From Folioceros fuciformis (taxonomy: Eukaryota): 44,682 nt of DNA. A program made the position numbers and the translations under genes. A model generated the notes under the pieces. The model was not told the origin of the DNA. It did not search any database and was given only the letters and a program-made list of their open reading frames with translations. Shown piece by piece: positions 1-12,100 of the stretch; position 1 is the stretch's first letter, and every line of letters begins with the position of its first letter. Where the stretch lies: NCBI GenBank assembly GCA_049999805.1, contig JBNGIO010005753.1, positions 1-44,682 on the forward strand. Direction: 5' to 3'.

Positions 1-408
1 CGGCTGCAACCCCTGCCTCTAGCTCTAGCTAGGGCATGGCCTCCACACCCAGATTCCCGTTCCTATGTTCAAACCATTATTATTATATTATTATATTATT
101 ATATTATATTATTATTTAATCATTTAATATTATATATCTTTAATTAATATTAAACTAATCACCAAACCCTATGGCCTGGTACCGAACCTAATCCTTCCCA
201 GCTCTGGGACCAAACCTATACCCACTCTTATAACCAAACCAACTATTTCCTGGTCAATTAACTTAATTAGCACAAAGAAAAATAGGAAAAATGACCAAAA
301 AATCAAGGAAAATTAGGAAAAATAAGTTGAAAAAGAAAACCAAACCATACCACTATTAACCCTTTTTCAACCAAAACAAACTACTACCCCAAACTTTGGA
401 GGTTCACA
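1..408. mobile_element. Terminus of an inserted element (D), probably an LTR, interrupting the RT of copia element A; continues beyond the window start
   Basis: The minus-strand RT reading of A (...NRFEMVDVGE) stops abruptly at 409 and is followed by TGTGAACCTCCAAAG (plus strand ends ...GGTTCACA at 408). The sequence is non-coding and AT-rich with reiterated ACCAAACC and GGAAAA motifs. The other end and the TSD are outside the window. Confidence 0.55.
76..152. repeat. (ATT/ATTAT)n low-complexity microsatellite
   Basis: ATTATTATTATATTATTATATT... read directly. Confidence 0.8.
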
Positions 409-3400
409 TTCACCAACATCAACCATCTCAAAGCGATTGGACAGCAGGGTCTTCACCTTTCAAATCTTATCTAGGTTAGTGCCAAGAAGTATGCAGTCGT
501 CCACATAAAGAGCTAAAATAACATAGCCTTTGCCTTCTTGCAGGGTGTACACATTTGAGTTAGCTGAACTCTTGATAAAGATAAAGCCCTGAAGGAACTC
601 ATTGATGCATTGGTACCAGGCCTGAGGACTCTACTTGAGTCCGTAGATCGTCTTAAGCAGTTTGCAAACCCAATGTTCTTTGCCTTTGGCCTCCAATCCT
701 TCAGGTTGCTGCATAAAAATCTCTTCTTCTAGCTTGCCATGCAAGAAAGCCATCTTGACATCCATCTAATGTATATGCAGGGAGAAGAAGGCTGATAAGG
801 CAAAGAGAACTCACAAGAATTGTGATTTGACGACAGGGGAAAAGGTGTCATGGTAGTTAAGGCCGGGTACTTGAGAAAACCCACGAGCAACTTAGACGAG
901 CCTTGTAGCGAGAGATACTACCATCCGCCTTATACTTGAGCTTGAAAGTCCAATTAGAGGTAACTATCTTCCTCCCCTAAGGCAGAGGGCAGAGCTCCCA
1001 TGTCTTATTAGGAATGAAACTGTCATACTCAGACTATATAGCTGCTCTCCAATGATGGGCATCGGGGCCTGTAATAGCTTCCCGATAAGTTTGAGGTTCA
1101 TAACTAGGATTGACCTGTAGAGTATCTAGATGGACAAGATCGGGAACATGGGGATCTAGAGGAGGTTCTGTGGGTCTAGCTACGGGGCAAAAGTCTTCAC
1201 TAGGGTAGGGAGGCTTTTGCCAATGAAAGGACTAATCTTGCCATTGATCAGGTGGGCACCTAAGGCGAGTGGAGTGGCGGAGGGCAAACTGAGGGGCTGG
1301 TGTAGGAAGGTCATATTCAACTAGGTCGTCAACCAGCTCAGGGGCTGAATCAAGAGCATCATTTGGAAGGACAATAGGGTCCACATCTGCAGGGTCAGCT
1401 GGTAGTAGTATAGCTGGCGATGGTGGGACTAGTAGGCTAGTGTCCTCCGTATCAGCAGAGGGAAGGAAAGAGGGATCAAAGTCAAGGAAAGTTACAAAAT
1501 CTATTTCACTAGCAACTTCAGCTGTATCCATACGTGTGGATTCTAGATTAGGTGTATGAAAATCAAAGGATTCATCCAAAGAGTTCAAAGGTGCTGATAT
1601 GAGGACTGAATTCTCATCAAAGGCTATTGTACATGCATGAGTGACACGATGAGTGGTAGGCTCGAGTAACTTATAGCCATTAATAGCCACTATATAGCCA
1701 ATAAAGATGTGTTTCCTGGATTTGAAAGCAAACTTCTGACGGAGCTTGTCTGGTATGTGTGCGTAGGATGTACTGCCAAAGACACGAAGATAGGATAAAT
1801 TAGGTTTACTGCCTGTCCATGCCTCAAACAGGGTACAACCCTGAAGAGAAGAGACTGCTGATCGATTCTGGAGATATGTAGTCACCTGTACAGCTTGAGC
1901 CCAAAATCGGATTGAGAGCCTCCCCTAGAAGAGTAGGGCTCTAGCAGCATCCTAAATGGTCCTGTGCCAACACTCAACACGACCATTCATATCAGAATGA
2001 TATGGGATGGTCACCTGGTGTGTAATTCCACGCTCTTGGCAATACTCTTGAGAGGCTGCTGATATGTACTCCTTACCATTGTCTGATCTAATGCATTTGA
2101 GTTTAAGTCCTGTCTGTCTGTCTACATAGGCTAGGTATCTCTTAAAGCTATCGAACACTTGGCTTTTCTGACGCAGGAGCTCTATAACGGTGAAGGGAAT
2201 CCTGTCATCCTCAAAGACAACGAAATACCTTGCACCTCCCTAGGAGGATACAAACATCGGGCCACATATGTTTGTGTGGACCAGATCCAAAGTCTATGTT
2301 GCCTTACGAGGCTTCCCACTGCCAAAGTGAGATTTAAACTATTTGCCATGAATGCAAGCAAAGCACATCTCAAGGTTTGGTATATCCTTGTCATTGAAGC
2401 CAGTCACCATTTTCTCCCTCAGTAATCTTCTCATAGCTTGAATATTGGGATATCCCAGTTGGTAGTGCCATTTAAAGGTATTCGTCACCTTGACATTTGC
2501 ATGTGTTGTGGTAGCTATTGCAAGGGGGATGTCAAATTCGAAGTCTAGGAGATACAAGTCAAGAAGTGGTGTGCCACGGGCAATGGTCACAGTAGGAGTT
2601 GACAGTTTGGAGATCTAACATTCAGTCCCTTCAAAAGTAATCCTGTACAAATTGGTTTTCCTAAGAGCCATTGTACTGACCAGATTTTTTGTGAGGGCTG
2701 GTACATACATGGCACTCTCAAAGTAGAGGTAATTGCCATCCTTGAGGATGATTTATATTGTTCTTACTCCCTTAATGAGGATGGTAGAGTTATCCCCTAG
2801 CACTACAGTTGTCTAATTGTCAAGGGAAAGAGACTCAAATGTAATAAAGGATTGCCACTTGGAGCACATGTGGTTGGATGCTCCGCTGTCCAAGAACCAT
2901 TTTTGACAGCATGCTCTGGAAGATGTGAGGCAAGCAACAAGTAGCCCCAGGGTAGAGGCCCTAACTGTATGGGCCTCACTTGATTGCTTGCCTTTACTGC
3001 TATCATCTCTCATTCTTTTCCTACAATCCTTAGCCTAGTGTCCTGGCTTGCCGCAGTAATTGCAATTTCCAAGCCTTGATGTTGTAGTGGTGTTGGACTT
3101 GGGTTGATGAGGGGATGGTGTGGTGTGACCTCCTCCTCGACCGAAGCCCCCTCTGCCTTTGCCACGACCCCTGCCATGCCCTCTACCCCATGTAGTGAAG
3201 ATTGTGGTGTCAGACTGCCTGTGGGAGGCCGAGCTACTCCCCTTCATTTGTTTATGGTTAGCTGCAGCTTGGAGTAGGGCCCCTACCACTTTTTGGACTG
3301 TAAGGTTGGATGAAGCTGGTGTAGTTGATGTAGCAGGTGTAACAATTGTTGTGGACTGTAGGGCTGCACTGAACTGCTCATAGCTGGGTGCAAGGGACAC

Positions 3401-3446
3401 CGCCAACTGAACTACTGCCCTTGATTCAGGTATGAGAACTCCTCAT
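409..3446 (-). pseudogene. Element A gag C-half, protease, integrase and partial RT, with many stops and frameshifts
   Basis: ORF fragments 3035-3406 (zinc knuckle), 2813-3013 (DSGAS), 2339-2590 (gag-pre-integrase WHxxLG..CxxC), 1952-2158 and 1232-1885 (rve and following SH3-like region), then RT motifs ([26 protein letters not shown]). Confidence 0.9.
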
Positions 3447-3722
3447 TGTAGGATCGCTAGAGGAGCTGCATGGTGAAGGAGGAGAGGAGGAGGCAAAGAG
3501 GAGGAGAAAGAGAGGTCACACTCTCACAATGAGTCTCTCATTGCAAGGGAGCTCAAGGGGGTATTTATACCCTCTAGAAGACCTCCCTAGGAAGCTTCAT
3601 AAGAAGCGCACAGGAAGCTGCGCACGAAGCTTCCTATAGATGAGCTTAAGCTAATCTAAACTAATGGTACTTAACTAAACACTAATCTTAGACTAAACAC
3701 ATTGGGCTTTATTAACCCTACA
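3447..3722 (-). repeat. 3' LTR of element B (276 bp)
   Basis: TGTAGG...CCTACA terminal inverted repeat; minus-strand TATAAATA box near 3562-3569; immediately follows the polypurine tract. Confidence 0.85.
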
Positions 3723-3735
3723 ACCTCCCACTTAC
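3723..3735 (-). promoter_or_regulatory. Polypurine tract of element B
   Basis: Minus-strand GTAAGTGGGAGGT directly before the TG of the LTR. Confidence 0.75.
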
Positions 3736-3764
3736 AGGCCAATTTACCTTCATAGGAGAGTGGT

Positions 3765-6700
3765 CTACCTCAAGCCCATGAGTGTCCGAGCTTGTGCGAA
3801 TTGCTCCGTAGACAGCCCCTTGGTAAGAACATCTGTAGGGTTCTGACTGGTGTGAACTTTGACAAGCTGTACCCTCTTGTCTTCCAACACCTCTCGAATG
3901 AAGTGATACTTCACTTCCACATGTTTGGTCTTCGCATGAAACATTGGATTCTTCACTAATTAGATAGCACTCTGGCTATCACAATGCAACACTGGCAGCT
4001 CAACCTTGATCCCCAAATCTCCCACTAAATGAGCAAGCCACATGGCTTCCTTCCACGCCTCAGTCGCTGCAACATACTCGGCCTCTGTGGTAAATAGCGT
4101 TATGCACGATTGCAAACGAGATCGCCATGAGACTGCCTCTCTAGTGCACATGAAGATATAACTTGATGTGGACCTCCTTTTATCCATATCCCCTACATAA
4201 TCAGCATCTGTATATCCCATGACAGATGCATCTTCACTACCAAAACATAAGCACAAAGCTTTCGTATCGTTCAAGTACCTGATAACTCCTTTCACTGCCT
4301 CCCAATGCTTCCTGCCAGGGTTTGACATAAACCTGCTAACCACTCCCACTGCAAAGGCAATGTCAGGACGTGTAGCAATCATTGCATACATCAAACTCCC
4401 TACAGCTAATGAGTACAGAACCTTCTCCATTTCAGCTCTGTCCTCCACAGAGCTTGGGCAATCCTTGCTCAAAAGTTTCAAATATGGAGGCAACGGAGTA
4501 CTTAATACCTTCCCCTTCTCCATGTTGAAATGTTGAAGCACCTTGTTAATGTATTCAGTCTGAGACAAGTAAAGCAAACGCTTCTGTCTGTCTCGACAAA
4601 TACGCATGCCAAGAATATGGCTTGCCTCTCCCAAGTCTATCATGTTAAAGCGAGCATTCAACTTTGACTTCAACGCTGAAATCTCATCACTATTAGTTCT
4701 AGCAATTAGCATATCATCCACATAGAAGACCAGAATGAGCAAGCTTCCATCCTTAGCTTGCTTCGTATAGAGGCAATGATCTTCCTCGCTACGCTTGAAG
4801 CCTTGAGAAAGCATAAATGAGTGGAACTTGTAATACCACTCCCTAGGTGCCTGCTTCAAACCATAAAGGCTCTTCTTTAACTTGCACACTAGACTCTCTT
4901 TGCCCTTCTCAATGAAACCCTCTAGTTGCTGCATGTATACCTCTTCCTGGAGATCACCATGCAGAAATGTTGACTTCACATCCATCTAGACAAGTTCCAT
5001 GTCGTGCCTCGTAACCAAACCAAGAACACATCATCGCAAGGTGGTCATTTTGATAACTAGTGAGAAAATCTCATCAAAGTCAATACCTTGTTGTTGCTTA
5101 AAACTCTTAGCAACCAATCGTGCCTTGTACTTGGGTTTGCCATAATGGGGTATGTCCTTCATCTTATACACCCATTTGCATGGCAACGCTTTCTTGCCCC
5201 TAGGCAACCGAACCCACTCCCAAGTTTGGTTCTTGTGGAGCGAATCCATCTGCAACTGCATCGCCTTCTCCCACTTGTCCTTGTTAGTCACTAACATGGC
5301 CTCTTGATAACAAGAGGGCTCCCCACAATCCGTCATCATGACATAATCAAGGGATGCAACATACCTGTCAAGAGGATGTGAAATCCTTCCTAACCTACGA
5401 AGCACTGGCGCCTCGATCGGAGCTGGTTGCACTCTCTCCTCTTCTACAAGTGGAGGAACTTGTTCCTACACATCACGACGTTCAACCTACGCGGGACGGT
5501 CAAGTCCATCTTCTTGGAAGACCACGTGTCGCACCTCCATAGTTGGAGTAGGCTTCTTGTGCATCTTGGTCTCATTGAAGAACATGTCATTGCTGTGAAC
5601 CATCCTCTTAGCCTCTGGATCCCATAGATGGTATCCCATCTCACCAGATTCACCATAGCCAAGAAAAATACATTTTCTTGACTTAGGAGCCAACTTGTCC
5701 CGAAACTCCTTCGGAACATGGTAGTATGCCTCACAGCCAAACACTCGTAGATGCTTGTAAGACGGATTCTTCTCAGACCACGTCTCCTCTGGAACCTGCT
5801 CATCCACAGCCCTATTAAGAGATCTGTTAATAAGATGCACTACAATAGCCACTGCTTCTGCCCAAAATCCGTTAGGCAATCTAGAGTTTGACAACAAACT
5901 ACGCATCCTCTCTTGGATTGTCCTGTTCATCCGTTCAACCACACCATTCTGGGGAGGAGTATACGGCGTAGTCAATTCTCTCTTGATTCCCTTGGAATCA
6001 CAGAATGACTGGAAAGCCTTGAAAACATACTCTCCCCCATTGTCTATCCTTAGACACTTCAATCGGAGGCCAGACTGATTCTCCACAAGGGTGATGAATT
6101 TATGAAACACTATCAGAACATCATCCTTTTTCCTCAAAGGATAAACCCACACCTTGTGTGAGAAATCATCAATGAAAGTGACAAAATAGGATGCACCGCC
6201 TAATGGTACAATGGGCATAGGTCTACAAACGTCACTGTGAACCAACTCAAGAGGTTTACTTTTGTGTTTACCTCTTGCTCCATGTGGTGACTTCGTCTGT
6301 TTCCCATACAAACAGTGCTCACACACGGAGAAATCGGAGAAGTCAAAAGCAGGGACGTAACCAAAACGAGATAAGATCTTCATTCCTTTTCGAGACATAT
6401 GTCCTAACCGACTATGCCACAAGGAAACACTTGGCTGTTTCATTACACAAATCACATGATCCTTGACAGTGGTTACCTGAAGTGAGTACAAAGTGCCACA
6501 CTTCGATCCACGAGCTAACACAAGAGAACCTTTGGAGATCTTCAAAGAACGATCTTCAAACCAACAATGGTAGCCACCGTCATCCAACTGCCCCGCGCTA
6601 ATCATGCTTTTGGTCAACTTCGGAACATGCCTAACATCCTTCAGTACGAATGAAGATCCATTGTCAAACTTCAGCAACGCTTGCAATCTCGCATGCGTAG

Positions 6701-7075
6701 TTATTTCCAAGCCGAACACATCCTTTCCTAGTAACATCATAAGTGCTAAACCACTCCCTACGCGGGATAACATGGAAAGATGCTCTAGAGTCAATTATCC
6801 AATTAGAGAATAAGTGACTCTTCGCGGCTGTCAGTTGTGCGGAATCAAAGGAAGAAGAGATAAGAACATCTCCATCATCAACAGAGTTCACCTCGTCACG
6901 CTTGACACTCGGACTTGCCTTGTTGTCGCTTTGCTTCTTCTCCTTTCCTTTGTCCTTCTTGAACTTCTCGCAGTCCCTTCTGATGTGACCCTTCTTGTGA
7001 CAATGGTAACACTCAACATTGTTTCGACTACGAGACTTACTACGGGAAAGACTTCGCTCCTTGTACTTCCCCTTT
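3765..7075 (-). pseudogene. Element B gag C-terminus and pol (PR, IN, RT, RNase H), interrupted by stops and frameshifts
   Basis: WIIDSRASFH, LELVHSDVC, LRIDNGGEY, PQNGVVER, CKWVYK, YVDDML, ATRPDIAFAV, YTDADY, TEAEYVA, HAKTKHVEVKYHFIRE. Confidence 0.92.
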
Positions 7076-7154
7076 GAAGTACAAGGAGATAGCCAAACTA
7101 TTTCTTGTACTTCCCCTCGGCCAGCTAGCCGAGGGTGTCCCCTGGCTAGCTGGC
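7057..7154. other. Deletion junction with templated fold-back filler between B gag and A gag
   Basis: 7057-7069 and 7076-7088 are a perfect 13-bp inverted pair; 7060-7073 equals 7104-7117 (14-bp direct copy); 7120-7130 and 7144-7154 are a perfect 11-bp inverted pair. Confidence 0.75.
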
Positions 7155-7618
7155 TAAGGGGGCATGAATCTAGCAACATGACTCTCGATGGAGTCGGTCT
7201 CTTTCATGCGTAGGTTCTGAAAGTGCAAAGTTGCAGCGACCTCAGTAACCATGTCCTTGGACTCATATGTTTCAAACAGAAGCGACCAGGCCTCCTGTGA
7301 AGACTGTGTCAACTTGATATGAGGTATCATTTCCTGTGATAAAGAAGCGACTAGTATTGTTCTTGCTTTTCAGTCCTTGGTAGTCCAATCATGCTCATCC
7401 TTCGATGTCCATTTGTGTATTGTACCCCCAGGGGTGGGAGGACCTGAGGGCTGGCCTGCGATTTTCTTGGGTACGGACCTGTCAACTTTATCCATGAGCA
7501 GCTTCCCCTCTAGGATGCATCACACCTTGAAGCCCTAGGCATCGTAGTCTGTTGAGGTCAGGCAGTCCTTTTCCTCAAGCCTGTCCGACCCTAAGTCTGG
7601 GTTCCTGAAAGCAGACAT
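7143..7618 (-). pseudogene. Element A gag N-half (copia gag N-terminus and UBN2-type region)
   Basis: Manual translation MSAFRNPDLG...TDYDA*GFKV*CILEGKLLMDKVD...DWTTKD*KARTILVASL...EAWSLLFETYESK...LRMKETDSIESHVARF..SQLA, which joins GVLIPESRAVVQLAVSL at 3446. Confidence 0.85.
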
Positions 7619-7642
7619 GATGTCTGCTTGGTCTTATTACAA

Positions 7643-7951
7643 TCAGTTTTTGGGAGGGTGGAGAGTGAGTTGATCTCTCAAGTTGTGTATTAATTCCTTC
7701 TACTTTGTGATTGTCCATTGATCTGAGGTATGTTGTCGCTCCAGATGATCAATGCTAGAGTAAATAACATCGATGCAAGAGGAGAACTCCAGCATTGTGC
7801 TCTTGATGCTTAGAATGGAATCAAGGATGACTTGGTGCTTCGTAAAGAACTCGAGGTGAGATCTGGGCCTATGAGTACATAGGCCGCTTAAGGAGCACAG
7901 CCATTTGAAAGACTCCACTGATGCAACATTATTTGGCACAGGAGCATGAAG
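7643..7951 (-). pseudogene. Element A upstream extra ORF (ORF0), 3' part
   Basis: In frame with 14739-14576 once C and one TSD copy are removed; one internal TAG at 7700-7702; ends about 25 nt before the gag ATG. Confidence 0.55.
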
Positions 7952-8101
7952 TGTTGAGGGTTTTATAGTTAAACCCAACCTAGTTTAAGTTACTTAGGTT
8001 TATCAACCTTAACTCAAGAGACACAAGTTTTGTTCATATACTCTCTTTTGTTTTATCAATTCATTGTATTGTTTGTACAACAAGCTTCCGCTAGTTTAAC
8101 A
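7952..8101 (+). repeat. 5' LTR of element C
   Basis: TGTTGAGGG...TTTAACA; 148/150 identical to 14426-14575. Confidence 0.97.
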
Positions 8102-8113
8102 TGGTATCAGAGC
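8102..8113 (+). promoter_or_regulatory. Primer binding site (initiator Met tRNA) of element C
   Basis: TGGTATCAGAGC immediately after the LTR. Confidence 0.95.
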
Positions 8114-8172
8114 ATATCATTTATGACCACTAGATCAGATACAGCCTATCTACTTAAGCACACGATGTACAT

Positions 8173-8826
8173 ATGTCAACTCTGACATTTGCACTATCAT
8201 GTGCCGGAGCAAATAGTTTAAATCTGCATTCTAGAGTTTGTGTTTGTAGTTTTGTCATACGAAATTCCTCAAGGAAAAATGTTTATGCTATTCTACAAAT
8301 GATCCTGAAGGTTGATTGCTATGGCACGAAGGGGCTCCAAGCGCCCTTATGGGTTTCCTCTCAGCTGGGAAACCACTTGAACAAGGGCTTTCAATCTCGG
8401 TCTCAGAGAAGACCTCCTCCATCAGCTGGCTGGATCGAAGGCCCTACTTGCTTGTGTCACTGCAATCACAACAACACACAAAGAAGTTTCAGACAAACTT
8501 GTTATTCCGAAACTCCAGAACCAAGAGCTTCAAAACCAACTCACTTGAGTTTATCAAATATTGATATGAGTTTCCATGTTCTGGAAGCTAGGATCTCGAC
8601 ATTCGAGGGCCACTTTTTGCAGAACTTGGCAAATGTGGAAGAGCAAAGTCTTGCTCAACAGATATCTCAGAAGCGCTATTTAAGGCATCTTTCTAAGCAG
8701 ATCTCGAAGCTTCAAGACTCTTTCATCAATGCAATTTCTGTGAGCGGCTTGACTGCAAGTAATCAAAGTGAAACTTCAGGAGAATTGGGAGCTGGAACTA
8801 ATCTGGCAGTGCAGATTCCTAGTTGA
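8173..8826 (+). CDS. Element C upstream extra ORF (ORF0), coiled-coil-like protein of unknown function; possibly a frameshifted ORF that really starts at ATG 8321
   Basis: 217-codon open frame between the PBS and gag with a heptad-like C-half (LEARISTFE...LANVEEQ...LRHLSKQISKLQDSF). The alternative frame from 8321 reads MARRGSKRPY...LQNQELQNQL with one TGA and joins near 8545. Confidence 0.5.
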   Translation: MSTLTFALSCAGANSLNLHSRVCVCSFVIRNSSRKNVYAILQMILKVDCYGTKGLQAPLWVSSQLGNHLNKGFQSRSQRRPPPSAGWIEGPTCLCHCNHNNTQRSFRQTCYSETPEPRASKPTHLSLSNIDMSFHVLEARISTFEGHFLQNLANVEEQSLAQQISQKRYLRHLSKQISKLQDSFINAISVSGLTASNQSETSGELGAGTNLAVQIPS

Positions 8827-9142
8827 GTTCAGGATTGCATCATTCCTCTCTGAATTCCGGTCACAGATCTTAACAGGCGCGTGAGGGAGTGTTTCCGCCT
8901 CTTTGTGGCGACAGCTTGGCAAAGGATACAGAAAGCTGTGATCATAGGCATTGCCTCCTCGCTGATCCTCCAACTCAACGTGTCTGCTTCAGCCTACATG
9001 TCGATTCAGAGTTAGTTGCACCCTTTCCTACTCCATTTTAGGGTCAGCTGAATCCCAACCGTCATGAAAACCCAATTAACGTTTCGTTTTTAGGGTTTCA
9101 GGTTTACTAACCATGGTTATAGACGTCGTTTCCTGTTAGAGC

Positions 9143-12100
9143 ATGTCTGCTGAGGGCATTGACTCTGATCTTGCTTTCCCCCACTCTCGATCAGCAACTG
9201 TAAGTAGTGTTGACTCTGCAGAGGTGTTACACAGGTGATGTTGATAAGTGGGTGAAAGGAAATAAAGTCGCTTTTGCTATCCTTCTTTCTGGACTGGATG
9301 AAACCACAGTGATAGAGGTGGAGTCCTTGCCAACTGCTGCAGAAGTTTGGTCCCAGCTTAAGGATACCTATCAAGTACAAAATATCCTAACCTTGGTAGC
9401 AGCGAGAAATGATTTCTTTCAACTAAAACTTTGTGATGGAGAAGCAGTTGGACCTCATGTCGTCAAGTTTCGATACATGAGGTCGCAGTTGGCGAATCTG
9501 GGAAGTACTATGTCGGAGGTGGATGCTGTTGCTCAACTTCTATCCAGCCTACCTGCAAACTTCCAGAATTTCATCTCCAGTCAGAACGCAGCCCTGCAAG
9601 AATCATATGTTGCTATTGCTGCTAAGAAACCACCCCTTGTCACTTTCAATAGTGTTGTTGGTGCCCTCCTGCAAGAGGAGCAAAGTAGACACAAATCAGG
9701 GACCTCCTCTCGCGTCCGAGGAGAGAAGGTGCTTTATGCTGCACAAGCCAAAACCTATGGTCGAGGGAAAGCGAAAGGCAAGAAGAGTTCGAACTCACCT
9801 CCATCAAGTACCTCGTCCAGCACCAAACGGCATGGAAAGTGTAATTGGTGCCAAATCCCAGGTCACTGGGAACGCGACTGTTGGAAGAAGAAAGTAGGGG
9901 AACCCAAGAAGGATCCTAGATCTGAGGCCCATGTGACTTCCAAGGACAGCAAAGGATCTGGACAACATCAGCCTAAGAGTAGCAACACAGTCCTGACTGT
10001 GTGTCTCACTTCGTCCAAGGAGACCTCCTCAACGTGGTTTCTTGAGTCGGGTGCTATTGCTCATGTGTGCAATAACACAGAGCTCTTCTCCACCTTCCAC
10101 GTGAAGCGGGGGAAAACACCAGAGTTAGTATATGTAGGAGATTCTTGTGGAGTGGAGGTAAAAGGCAGTGGGACAGTCAAAATACCTCTTGCAGCTGGCA
10201 AGTCCTTGTGTTTGCATGATGTCTTGTATGTGCCCACTATGTCTAAGAATTTGTTGTCAATTAGGGCTGTAGCTCAAAATCAGCAGTTAGGCTTTCGCTT
10301 TGAGGACAGGAAGTGCTATTTATATCATCCTTCTGATCCTGAATCACATGTAGCGAAGGCAATTCTTGTTAATGACCTTTACCAACTAGTCACAACAGCT
10401 AAGGTGCATGCTAGAGCACTTACATCTTCTTATCACGCTCAAGCTAACCTGTGGCATGCTAAACTTGGTCATGTGAACAAAGCTAAGCTGGATGTTATGT
10501 CTACCTCTGATTGTTATAGGGAAAGTCTTGTGTTAAACATCTCGCTCCCTGCAGTTCTTGCATCTTGTCAAAATAGAAGGAGCTTCCGTTTAAGAACAAA
10601 ACTCCTAATCGGGCTAGGGCAGTTCTGGAGTTAATCCATGCAGGCATTGCAGGGAAGTTACCTGTTAAGTCACTCGGCGGTGTTGAGTATTATCTTACTC
10701 TCACGGATAACTACTCAAGGTATATGTGGACTTCTCCTCTGAAGCTAAAAAGTGAAGTGTTTGATACAATTGCAGCTTGGATCCCTATGGTGCAACGCCA
10801 AACTGTCTGCTTAGTCAAATGCTTCAGAACAGATAACGAAGGAGAATTCACAGGGCACAAGTATGATGACCTGTTTTAGCAGTTTGGCATTGTGAGGCAA
10901 CTGTTGGTGCCCTACACGCAACAACAAAACGAAGTGGCTGACAGGAAAAATCAAACGCTTATGGGGATGACCAGGAGCATGTTGTCTTGGGCTGGTTTAC
11001 CTAAACAGTTTTGGGCAGAGGCAATTGTGACAGCTACGTATATCCTGAATAGAGTTGTTACCTCTGCATTGCCTGGTCGCACTCCCTATGAAGCCCTTTG
11101 GGACAGAAAACCTAGTCTGCTTCACTTGCGTGTCTTTGGATCACTAGCTTTTGCCTATATTCCAGAAGCCAAGCGCAGTAAGTTAGACAACAGGTCGCTT
11201 CACCTTATCTTCTTGGGCTACTCTGAGGAATCAAAGGCATACAAACTGTATGACAAGAATACTTTTAAGATTGTACTTGCTAGGAGCGTTATTGCTAGTG
11301 AGCTTACTCATTCCCCTGGACCTCTTGATCATGATCTTTCTGTTGGGCACAGTTCTAACTTTGCAGGCTCTTCTCTGTCTGAAGAAGAAACTTCAGAACA
11401 AGCAGTCCTTGATGCTGCTCCTCACCAGTATCCTCAATCAGATGGAGAGGGCCCAACCCATGAAGACTTGTTTGCAGCTGATCAACATCTGGAAGTTGAA
11501 CCACCGCCAACAATAGGTGATGACATACCTCCTGCATATGACGTGGGGGAATTTGCAGATGATCAGGCCTCCATACATGAAGATGCAAACGATGTGGAAT
11601 CTCTTTCCAGCACTGCGGATGATGGACAGTCTGTCCCTTCAATTCATTCTAAAGAACCTGAGCCTAAACCTGCACCAGTTGCACCTGTTGCTAATCATCA
11701 GCCAAGGTACTCATTCAGGGAAAGACGCACTCGTGAGAATTGGGAAGAACCTCCTTACCAGGCAGTGGATTTTCGTAGACAGTCTATACAGGTCTCTGAT
11801 CTACATGTGCCAGACGTCAGACCTGACCCTCAGACTTATGAAGAGGCTATCAATGGGCCTGATGGTGATAAATGGAAAGCTTCCATCGATGATGAGTACC
11901 AGTCTTTGATAAAAAATGCCACCTGGGAATTGGTTGATCTTCCTCTTGACAGAAAGCCTATTAGTTGCAAATGGGTATTCAAGACTAAGTTAAAAGCAGA
12001 TGGTACTGCAGCTAGGTACAAATCACGCTTAGTTGCACGAGGTTTCAGTCAGATTCCAGGGTTAGACTATGGTGATACCTTTTCTCCAGTAGTGAAGCCT

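Larger units (their letters stand above)
3447..7075 (-). mobile_element. Ty1/copia element B, 5'-truncated (Tnt1/Tork-like by motif resemblance), nested in the gag of A
   Basis: 3' LTR 3447-3722 and PPT 3723-3735 are present, with RNase H, RT, IN, PR and gag zinc knuckle CYHCHKKGHIRRDC. The 5' LTR, PBS and most of gag are missing. Confidence 0.88.

Noticed and set aside
2159-7213. Numerous plus-strand ORFs over elements A and B, and alternative-frame ORFs over C
   Set aside because: Shadow frames of gag-pol with no independent motifs.
9200-9234. GTAAGT...CAG possible intron at the gag start of C
   Set aside because: The only frame-restoring intron would be 22 nt, which is too short; a deletion in gag is more likely.
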